This document shows positions 9,037-16,312 of a stretch of DNA of 45,305 nucleotides, in pieces. This stretch comes from Escherichia virus TH11. The stretch is from the sequence record MT446389.1. One strand, 5' to 3'. The translations under genes were made by a program, and so were the position numbers. The notes under the pieces are model-generated. The model was not told where the DNA came from and did not search any database. It saw only the letters and a program-made list of their open reading frames with translations. Position 1 is the first letter of the stretch. Every line of letters starts with the position of its first letter.

Positions 9037-9801
9037 TTAGCGCGGAATACCGCAAATCTCGTTTAGCGTCTTCACGTCCAGCGCCACCGCCGTGGACTTC
9101 GGCTTATCCGGGTATGGAATAAACTGTTCAACTTCAGGCCACGCCTTGATCAGTTTCTTATCGGTATTGTGCATATCCAGTACGCCGGTAACTGTTAGTT
9201 TGAACGCGTCATACTTCGCACGCAATTCGCGGCGGGCCTTGTCGTTGCGATCTAGGCGCTTGCAGAAGTCGTGGTCTGCCGGGTAGTCTACGCGACCGCG
9301 CGGAAGATATATCGGCAGCGATTTTCCGTCCTCGTCCACTTCGCACACTGAAGCCAGCATAACTTCCTCGTACCCCGGTACGATATCACCGAGATCGGGA
9401 GATAGCTTGTTCAAATATTTCTCTTCCCAGTATCCGCGGTGCAGGCGGTATCGGTATCCATCGCCGCTCAATGATACGGTGCGAACATTACCGCCTGCGT
9501 TGATATCGAATCCGGCGCTATAAACGCTGCCGATGCCTTTTGGCCGGTCGGAGTTATAGCTATACGTCGCCTTGTCGGTGTAAACGCTAACGCCATACAT
9601 CTGCGACTGGTTATCGCGGATTTCTGCGATATATGCGCGTAACTCGGCGAACGTGCGAATGCCTTCCGGCATACAGTCCAGCGTAATGGCGTACGCCAAG
9701 TCGCGAGAGTCCATCATGATGGATTTTGCTTCGGTCGCGATTTCATGGTCGCGCAGGATGTTAGCCAGAATCTTGTTTTTAACGTCTTTTGTCAGTCTCA
9801 T
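9037..9801 (-). CDS. hypothetical protein, reverse-strand moron in head module
   Basis: 254 aa from internal ATG at 9801 with RBS GAGGA; track ORF to 10248 has a low-complexity extension antisense to the scaffold gene. Confidence 0.55.
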   Translation of the reverse strand: MRLTKDVKNKILANILRDHEIATEAKSIMMDSRDLAYAITLDCMPEGIRTFAELRAYIAEIRDNQSQMYGVSVYTDKATYSYNSDRPKGIGSVYSAGFDINAGGNVRTVSLSGDGYRYRLHRGYWEEKYLNKLSPDLGDIVPGYEEVMLASVCEVDEDGKSLPIYLPRGRVDYPADHDFCKRLDRNDKARRELRAKYDAFKLTVTGVLDMHNTDKKLIKAWPEVEQFIPYPDKPKSTAVALDVKTLNEICGIPR

Positions 9802-9823
9802 TTTTGCGTCCTCGTTGTTGGTG

Positions 9824-9846
9824 TGCAACCAATATATGCAACCAAT
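9824..9846. promoter_or_regulatory. tandem TGCAACCAAT motifs in divergent intergenic region
   Basis: Two copies 13 bp apart between minus gene 9037..9801 and plus gene 9950..10651. Confidence 0.45.
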
Positions 9847-9949
9847 ACGCGGATTGCAAGCGAATTTTGCGATTATTTTTATCACTGATAATATTAGAGG
9901 CGTGAAGTCGAGCGGGTGGCCCGCTCTGCCACAATCCCAGGGGGATAGC

Positions 9950-10651
9950 ATGAAACTTACTAAAGCAGAATATGACGCGTTGCCGGAAGGTATGAAGGCG
10001 CTTTTTGTTGCCGATGGTGACGGGTATAAATCAACGTTCATGACCGCAGAAGAAGTACAGGCGGAGATCAAGGGTCTGAAAGACAACAACGCGAAGCTGG
10101 TGAGCGAGAAGAAAGCAGAAGCTGAACGTCGCGCCGAAGCCGAGCGCCTTGCGAAAGAGAAAGAGGAAGCCGCCGCGCGCAAAAATGGCGACCTCGAAGC
10201 GATCGACAAGTCTTGGAAAGATAAGTTTGCGAAACACGAAGCAGACACATCGGGAAAAATCGAAGCCTATCGCAAGCAGATCCACGATCTAACCATCGGC
10301 AGCGCTGCCAAAGACCTGGCGTCGAAGCTGTTCGGTAAGAATGCGGGCATCATGCAACGCCACGTAATGGACCGCCTGACGCTGGAAGACGGCGAAGACG
10401 GCAGCTTGAAAGTGCGTGTCTTGCAGGATGGCAAACCGTCCGCGCTGACTATGGAAGAGCTTGAAAAAGAGTTCCGTAATAACGCCGATTTCGCATCCGT
10501 CCTGGCCGGCACGCCAGCAGGAGGCGCTCCTAGCAAACCGACGCAGGTTGTCGAAGATGTGAAGTCTAAAATTACGATGGGCCATAGCTTCGGTATCACC
10601 GATCTCACCAAACAGGCCGGGGATATCATCGCTAAAATGGGCGACGAGTAA
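9950..10651 (+). CDS. putative scaffolding protein
   Basis: 233 aa, K/E/A-rich coiled coil, immediately upstream of major capsid gene; start trimmed to MKLTKAEYD. Confidence 0.55.
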   Translation: MKLTKAEYDALPEGMKALFVADGDGYKSTFMTAEEVQAEIKGLKDNNAKLVSEKKAEAERRAEAERLAKEKEEAAARKNGDLEAIDKSWKDKFAKHEADTSGKIEAYRKQIHDLTIGSAAKDLASKLFGKNAGIMQRHVMDRLTLEDGEDGSLKVRVLQDGKPSALTMEELEKEFRNNADFASVLAGTPAGGAPSKPTQVVEDVKSKITMGHSFGITDLTKQAGDIIAKMGDE

Positions 10652-10654
10652 GCG

Positions 10655-10681
10655 GATTGCCCGCGAAAGCGGGCAATTTTG
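10655..10681 (+). terminator. hairpin, possible attenuator
   Basis: attgcccgc-gaaa-gcgggcaat followed by TTTT. Confidence 0.4.
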
Positions 10682-10748
10682 CGAGCGCGTAAAACTAAGG
10701 TAACATTAATGCCACTGGGCGAATGCTCACAACTCAAAGGATTTCGAT

Positions 10749-11849
10749 ATGTCTTTAACAGTGTTCCAGCGTAAACTCGTTACCGCGGTTACGCAAATGA
10801 TCCCCGACAACCTGAACGTTTTCAACGCCGCCGCCAATGGCGCTGTTGTTCTCGGTACTGGTGAAGTGCTGAAGGACGTTATTGAGAAAATGTCCGTAGG
10901 CTTGATCGCCAACCTCGTTACCGACCGTAACGCCTACGCCCCCGTCGGCACTCCGGCGACCGCGAAAGTGCTGGCGCGTATGCTAACCAACTCGGTTAAC
11001 CTTTCCGCAAAAGTGGGTCCGGTAGCAATCACTAAGGCTATGATGGCTAAGATCGAAACCAACGTTAACAGCGTTGCGGCTGAGATTGCGGCACAGGCTA
11101 CTCAAGCGATTATGCTGCACTACCTGAAAGCTGGTATCGGCGCAAGTAAAGCGGCGATCGAAAGCAACGCAGCGGCAAAATACACCCAACCGGCGCGCGT
11201 TGACGGCGTTGGCGGTCGTACCTTCCCGACCCTGGCAGACTTCCCGCTGGCGGCTTCTAAGTTCGGCGATCAGGCGTCTTTGATTAAGTCTTGGTTTATG
11301 GACGGCGTTACCTGGGCAAACTTCATTGCGTACCAGGCACTCCCTTCCGCTGAACAGGTATTCGCAATTGGCGATCTCCAGGTAATGGGTGATGGCCTGG
11401 GCCGTCGCTTCATTATCTCCGATGCCGCTGCCGATGCTATGGGGGCGGGTAACATGCTGGGTCTGGTCCCTGGCGCGGTTGCAGTTACCACCAACGGCCT
11501 CGATATGCTGGCGCAGGAGAAAGGCGGTAACGAGAACATCGAGCGCTGGTGGCAGGGCGAGTTCGACTTCAACGTGGCTGTTAAAGGCTACCGTCTGAAG
11601 GCGTCCGCTCGAACCCCGATCGAAGGTGTGCGCTCGTTCAAACTGGACGATATTACCACTTCCGCTAACTGGGAACTGGACCAGGGCCAGGTAGACAACG
11701 CACCGGCAACCGTTCAGGATGTTGGCGCTGTGGGTGATGGCGATACTAAAGGTCGTCGTAAGACCCAGGCCGCACAGGCAGTGCCTACCCGTCACATCAA
11801 GGAAACCGCGGGCGTACTGGTTACGCTGACGGCTACCACCGCGTCTTAA
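10749..11849 (+). CDS. major capsid protein
   Basis: 366 aa after scaffold and followed by a strong terminator; position and size typical. Confidence 0.75.
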   Translation: MSLTVFQRKLVTAVTQMIPDNLNVFNAAANGAVVLGTGEVLKDVIEKMSVGLIANLVTDRNAYAPVGTPATAKVLARMLTNSVNLSAKVGPVAITKAMMAKIETNVNSVAAEIAAQATQAIMLHYLKAGIGASKAAIESNAAAKYTQPARVDGVGGRTFPTLADFPLAASKFGDQASLIKSWFMDGVTWANFIAYQALPSAEQVFAIGDLQVMGDGLGRRFIISDAAADAMGAGNMLGLVPGAVAVTTNGLDMLAQEKGGNENIERWWQGEFDFNVAVKGYRLKASARTPIEGVRSFKLDDITTSANWELDQGQVDNAPATVQDVGAVGDGDTKGRRKTQAAQAVPTRHIKETAGVLVTLTATTAS

Positions 11850-11865
11850 TCGACGCACATCCCAA

Positions 11866-11893
11866 AGGGGCGGGCTTATGCCCGCCTTTTTTA
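11866..11893 (+). terminator. rho-independent terminator
   Basis: ggcgggc-ttat-gcccgcc followed by TTTTTT. Confidence 0.55.
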
Positions 11894-11907
11894 TAGGAGT
11901 GAATACA

Positions 11908-12408
11908 ATGTATGGCGACCCGCAAACCTTTGTCGATTATGCCACTGCGCGAGGCGTTGAAATTACGCTGGGCGATGCAACGCGACACATTACCATCGTT
12001 AATGACTTCCTTAACGGCATCAACTGGATCGGCGAACAGGCGGACCAGACAGGAATAGACGCATGGCCCCGCATCAATTACCCATCGGACGGGAAGCCGG
12101 TGCGCGACACGCTAACCGAAGCCGTGGCGGTAGTGCCTGTCGGGCAAATCGTAGACTTTGCATCAATCCCCGTTGCCGTTGAGCAAGCTGTTTACCGGCT
12201 GGCGCTGTTGGTGGCGGACGAGATCGATATTTCTCCTGTCGGCGATGGTAAAGAGACTATTCGCGAAACGGTCGGCCCGATCACGATGGAATATGACCCG
12301 GCGTCGATTGGTAGCGGGGTGTCGTTCCCGTGGTGGGATGGCTTGTTAGGCCACTGGGTTGATTCAGGCGGCAACGCCGCAGGCAATTTCGACGTATACA
12401 GGGGGTGA
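11908..12408 (+). CDS. putative head-tail connector / head completion protein
   Basis: 166 aa; start trimmed to MYGDPQ with RBS GGAG; synteny only. Confidence 0.4.
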   Translation: MYGDPQTFVDYATARGVEITLGDATRHITIVNDFLNGINWIGEQADQTGIDAWPRINYPSDGKPVRDTLTEAVAVVPVGQIVDFASIPVAVEQAVYRLALLVADEIDISPVGDGKETIRETVGPITMEYDPASIGSGVSFPWWDGLLGHWVDSGGNAAGNFDVYRG

Positions 12409-12409
12409 T

Positions 12410-12529
12410 ATGAATCCTGCATTACTCGCAGCTATTATCGCTGCAAATACTAAACAGCCGACGGAACAAGAACCGGAGCCAGAACCAGTACCACCAGCAC
12501 AGGAGAGTGAAGAAGATGGCGGGCTTTAA
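12410..12529 (+). CDS. small hypothetical protein (39 aa)
   Basis: ATG at 12410 after GGGGG RBS; own translation. Confidence 0.2.
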   Translation: MNPALLAAIIAANTKQPTEQEPEPEPVPPAQESEEDGGL

Positions 12530-12869
12530 TTACGCGGGGTTAAAGCGGAAAGTCAATCCGCTGATTAAAAAGTTCGGCATGACGGCTACGGTGACGCGTC
12601 CGGGATCGGTTGACCGCGTAGACGGCGACGAAGTGATAATCCCGCCAACGTCGTTCGACGTCATCGGTCTTCGCGAGGAGTACAAGCCTAGCGAGATCGA
12701 CGGAACGCGTATCGTTGCCGGTGATGTGAAGTTTTTATGTCGGGCGGTTGAGCAATTGCGGGTGGGAGACCTGGTTAACCTGGACGGCACTGACTACCGG
12801 GTCGTCAACCCTAACCCACTGCAACCGGCTGGCACTACCATGCTGTTTCAACTACAGCTAAGGGGCTAA
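12516..12869 (+). CDS. putative head-tail joining protein
   Basis: 117 aa; RBS AGGAGAG before ATG 12516; synteny only. Confidence 0.4.
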   Translation: MAGFNYAGLKRKVNPLIKKFGMTATVTRPGSVDRVDGDEVIIPPTSFDVIGLREEYKPSEIDGTRIVAGDVKFLCRAVEQLRVGDLVNLDGTDYRVVNPNPLQPAGTTMLFQLQLRG

Positions 12870-12870
12870 C

Positions 12871-13464
12871 GTGGCTGAAGTCTACTCATTCGCCGCCACT
12901 ATTGCTACGTGGGTGGATAAGACGAAGGAGAACAACGACAAGGCGGTGCGGGCGTACGGTATGCAAATACTCGGACGCCTTATTGAGATCTCCCCGGTGG
13001 GCGACCCCCGCCGGTGGAAAATTAACAAGGCTTACGCGCTTGCACGCGAACACGCGAACAAGGTGAACGCCGCACAGCGCCGCAAGAACGGCGGCAAACT
13101 GAAGCGCGGGCAGAAGAAGCACGCCAGTGTGCTCATCTCATTCAAAACTAAAAACGGCAACGTCACGTTCCGCCAGCGTGGCTGGGCCGCGAAGAATTAC
13201 ACCGGTGGGCGCTTCCGGGGAAACTGGCAGGTTACGTTCGACCGCCCGGCTGTCGGCGCTATCGACCGCGTGGACAAGGCCGGAACGGCAACATTAGCCG
13301 CGGGGCGTGAAGTGCTGGCGCATTACGATTCCGGGGAATACGGGTCGATCTGGTTTACTAACAATGTGCCGTATGCGCAGCGACTTGAGTATGGCTGGAG
13401 TAAACAAGCGCCTGCGGGTATTGTTCGCGTCGTAGCGGCAGAAATTAATTCGAAGGTGAAATAA
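12871..13464 (+). CDS. putative neck / tail completion protein
   Basis: 197 aa, GTG start per track; synteny only. Confidence 0.4.
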   Translation: MAEVYSFAATIATWVDKTKENNDKAVRAYGMQILGRLIEISPVGDPRRWKINKAYALAREHANKVNAAQRRKNGGKLKRGQKKHASVLISFKTKNGNVTFRQRGWAAKNYTGGRFRGNWQVTFDRPAVGAIDRVDKAGTATLAAGREVLAHYDSGEYGSIWFTNNVPYAQRLEYGWSKQAPAGIVRVVAAEINSKVK

Positions 13465-13886
13465 TGAGCAATACTCTAATCCGCAAGGCGCTTAACAGCG
13501 TAGTAGAAGAATTATCGGTTAGCCTGAGCACTAGCACGCGCCCGATAAAGGTTAACTGGGAGAACGTGAGTGGCGACCACGCAAACGGCAGCGGTGTCTA
13601 CCTGGAACCATATCTGCTTCCGGCCCCTACCCAATTTGTGGGCTTCCAGCAGAAGGGCCGGATCTATGCAGGCGTGTATCAGATTGCCGTGGTATTTCCT
13701 GCGGGCACGGGCACACAGTATGCGAGCGAACTGGCTGACGCCATCGCGACGTCTGACAAGTGGCAGGCCGTAAGGCTTACCGGTGCTGCATTCCAGCTTC
13801 AAGACGCGCCATACACCAGTTCGGTGATTGAGGATGTTGATCGCGCCCGCATCGTGGTTACAGTGCCCTATTCCTGTTGTGCCTGA
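13464..13886 (+). CDS. putative tail terminator protein
   Basis: 140 aa directly upstream of major tail protein; synteny only. Confidence 0.4.
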   Translation: MSNTLIRKALNSVVEELSVSLSTSTRPIKVNWENVSGDHANGSGVYLEPYLLPAPTQFVGFQQKGRIYAGVYQIAVVFPAGTGTQYASELADAIATSDKWQAVRLTGAAFQLQDAPYTSSVIEDVDRARIVVTVPYSCCA

Positions 13887-13947
13887 TTTGGCGCAATTCT
13901 GCGCGTGCTGTATCATTAAACCGTATATCTAAACAGGAGCGTTCATT

Positions 13948-14673
13948 ATGGGTTATCAACTTCCTAACGGGTCCAGCGTCCAGATTGGGTCCGTACTGGG
14001 CAGCGGCATCGCTGTTACGGCAGCTACCAACGCCGCCGCATCAATCTCTGACCTTACGCAAGGTTGCGTAATTACCTGCGCGGCTTCGCATGGTCTGGTT
14101 GTTGGCGACGTTGTTATGTTCACTAAAACCCCGTGGGTCCGAGCGCTTAATCGCGCATTCATCGTGGGTAAAGTAGCCGAGAACGACGTGACGCTGGCGC
14201 GCTTCGACTCCTCTGACGTCACAAAATACCCGACCGGCGCTTTCAACGCAGGCACTCCGGGCGAAGTGGTGAAGGTGTCGAGCTTTATCGACTTCCCTTT
14301 CATTACTAACGTTGCCGTGTCGGGTGGCGACCAGCAGACTACTACCTTCCAGCCGTTGCAGGTGAACACCGCAATCAGTCTTAACACCACGAAAAACCCG
14401 TTGGTACAGACTTACACCTTCACCCACGACGAAGAAGACCCGATCCGCCCAATCCTGGAAGACCTGGACGACACACAGAAAACCACTGTGATTAAGTTCA
14501 CTAACCCAGCGGCAGCAAGCGGCAAAGGTGAGATCCGTATCTACCCGGCAAAGGTATCTTTCCAGAAGATTCCTTCCGCTGAAGTAAACAACGTGGAAAC
14601 TGTACAGTCCACTCTGACCATGCAGTCTGATATGGTTATCTACCGTAAGGATCTGGTCGAGGCGTTGTCTTGA
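13948..14673 (+). CDS. major tail protein
   Basis: 241 aa followed by strong terminator and then chaperone genes; lambda V-like position. Confidence 0.6.
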   Translation: MGYQLPNGSSVQIGSVLGSGIAVTAATNAAASISDLTQGCVITCAASHGLVVGDVVMFTKTPWVRALNRAFIVGKVAENDVTLARFDSSDVTKYPTGAFNAGTPGEVVKVSSFIDFPFITNVAVSGGDQQTTTFQPLQVNTAISLNTTKNPLVQTYTFTHDEEDPIRPILEDLDDTQKTTVIKFTNPAAASGKGEIRIYPAKVSFQKIPSAEVNNVETVQSTLTMQSDMVIYRKDLVEALS

Positions 14674-14702
14674 TTTGGTCGCTTAAATAGCGAGTGTTAA
14701 TA

Positions 14703-14730
14703 TGGGGCCAGCACGGCCCCTTTTTTTTTA
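14703..14730 (+). terminator. rho-independent terminator
   Basis: ggggcc-agca-cggcccc followed by nine T. Confidence 0.55.
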
Positions 14731-15108
14731 TTGGAGAATACTACAATGGCTAAAGCACCACTCTTCACACTTGACCCAAAGCCGACCTTTAAGCTGCCGA
14801 TTGAGATCCCGCGCCCTGGTGAGAACGAACCCGGCAAAATGACGTTTACCGTACGCCACCGCCCGATCGACGAATTTTCGCAGACCATGCAGGACACTGA
14901 ACGCAAGCTGTCGGAATATGACGACAATGATCCGGACGGCTTTAATGTTATGGTTGAGGCCATCATGCACGTCGCCGAAGGCTGGAATCTGCCGGACGAA
15001 TTTAACGCGGAGAACGTCCGCCGCCTGGTGGTCAACTATCCACGCGCGTTCGGTGTGTTCCACACGTCGTACTATCTCGAACTGATGGGGTTGCGTGAAA
15101 AAAACTAA
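14731..15108 (+). CDS. tail assembly chaperone (G-like)
   Basis: 125 aa between major tail and tape measure; ends two codons after a slippery heptamer. Confidence 0.65.
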   Translation: MENTTMAKAPLFTLDPKPTFKLPIEIPRPGENEPGKMTFTVRHRPIDEFSQTMQDTERKLSEYDDNDPDGFNVMVEAIMHVAEGWNLPDEFNAENVRRLVVNYPRAFGVFHTSYYLELMGLREKN

Positions 15109-15422
15109 TTGAGGCGGCGCGACGCTTTTATGGTCCGCCGCCACCCTCCGAAGATTTAGCCGCAAGTTTATGGGGTGCGGCCCCCGAAGATGTTTGTCCG
15201 CCTGTTGCGCTATGGCCCGACAACGCGAAGATAGTCGCAGTCTTCACAGATTGCGCCACGCAATGGCGCACCGGATTTGGTGGCGCATACGGCATCGACT
15301 ACGGCGTGCTGGAGTGGTTATTTAAGATGCACGGTATCGAAAACGAGCAGCGCGCGTTTAAAGATATCAAGCTAATGGAACGAATCGCGCTTGATGAGAT
15401 GGCGCAGCAGAACCCCGCATAA
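14731..15422 (+). CDS. tail assembly chaperone GT-like fusion via -1 frameshift
   Basis: -1 frame stays open with no start codon from 15099 to stop at 15420-15422 (about 107 codons); slippery A_AAA_AAC at 15099-15105. Confidence 0.55.
15099..15142 (+). promoter_or_regulatory. programmed -1 frameshift signal
   Basis: Heptamer AAAAAAC in X_XXY_YYZ register; 7-bp stem GGCGGCG/CGCCGCC starting about 8 nt downstream. Confidence 0.5.
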
Positions 15423-15780
15423 TGCAGCGGGACGTCCCGTTTTGTCCCGCCTCTGTAAAACTGCATACCTACTCACACCCACTGCATAAACCAAAAACGG
15501 GACAAACGGGACGTCCCGATCTGTCCCGCCATGTAAATGTGCATACCTATTCAGATTTCGTGCATAAAGTAAGCGGGACAAAAAGCGGGACAAACAAGGA
15601 GCGGGACAAAGCGGGACAGCACCCCGTCCCCGCCAGTGCTGCCGCGGGTTGCGGCCGATCGGGACAAGCGGGACAAACCCCAGTCTTTCAGACTAGACGG
15701 GGGTCAATGGCCCCCCTCGTCTGAGACTGAATAAGGTTTGTTTTAAATTCGCTGATACAATGTCAATCGGCAACTGCATA
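15266..15780. repeat. tandem duplication unit 1 (515 bp)
   Basis: Identical to 15781-16295; track ORFs at +515 offset give identical translations; both junctions read directly. Confidence 0.85.
15426..15729. repeat. GCGGGACAAA repeat array copy 1 with terminal stem-loop
   Basis: At least 12 GGGAC(A/G) cores in both orientations, two GCGGGACGTCCCG palindromes, repeated TGCATACCTAYTCA and TGCATAAA, then GC-rich hairpin at 15680-15729. Confidence 0.75.
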
Positions 15781-16295
15781 GCGCACCGGATTTGGTGGCG
15801 CATACGGCATCGACTACGGCGTGCTGGAGTGGTTATTTAAGATGCACGGTATCGAAAACGAGCAGCGCGCGTTTAAAGATATCAAGCTAATGGAACGAAT
15901 CGCGCTTGATGAGATGGCGCAGCAGAACCCCGCATAATGCAGCGGGACGTCCCGTTTTGTCCCGCCTCTGTAAAACTGCATACCTACTCACACCCACTGC
16001 ATAAACCAAAAACGGGACAAACGGGACGTCCCGATCTGTCCCGCCATGTAAATGTGCATACCTATTCAGATTTCGTGCATAAAGTAAGCGGGACAAAAAG
16101 CGGGACAAACAAGGAGCGGGACAAAGCGGGACAGCACCCCGTCCCCGCCAGTGCTGCCGCGGGTTGCGGCCGATCGGGACAAGCGGGACAAACCCCAGTC
16201 TTTCAGACTAGACGGGGGTCAATGGCCCCCCTCGTCTGAGACTGAATAAGGTTTGTTTTAAATTCGCTGATACAATGTCAATCGGCAACTGCATA
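15781..16295. repeat. tandem duplication unit 2 (515 bp)
   Basis: Perfect copy of 15266-15780; junction caactgcata|gcgcaccgga. Confidence 0.85.
15941..16244. repeat. GCGGGACAAA repeat array copy 2
   Basis: Identical to 15426-15729 as part of the 515-bp duplication. Confidence 0.75.
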
Positions 16296-16312
16296 AAAAA
16301 GGGGACTGCATA

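Noticed and set aside
9802-10248. N-terminal 149 residues of track ORF 9037..10248 (403 aa, minus)
   Set aside because: Low-complexity Ser/Ala/Arg-rich translation antisense to the scaffold gene; the internal ATG at 9801 has a proper RBS, so the gene was trimmed to 9037..9801.
10983-11858. 291-aa minus-strand ORF
   Set aside because: Lies entirely antisense to the major capsid gene and has no independent support; treated as a shadow ORF.
15372-15724. ORFs 15372..15593 (minus) and 15422..15724 (plus) and their duplicates at +515
   Set aside because: They run across the GGGACAA repeat arrays and hairpin; reading frames there are produced by the repeats, with no RBS; treated as non-coding.
15426-15729. 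CRISPR array interpretation of the GGGACAA repeats
   Set aside because: Repeats are about 10 bp, irregularly spaced, in both orientations and interleaved with palindromes; no uniform repeat-spacer periodicity and no cas genes.
15266-16295. Interpreting the 515-bp duplication as physical genome termini (direct terminal repeat)
   Set aside because: The repeat sits inside the tail operon between the chaperone and tape measure genes, an unlikely place for genome ends; kept as a duplication or assembly question instead.
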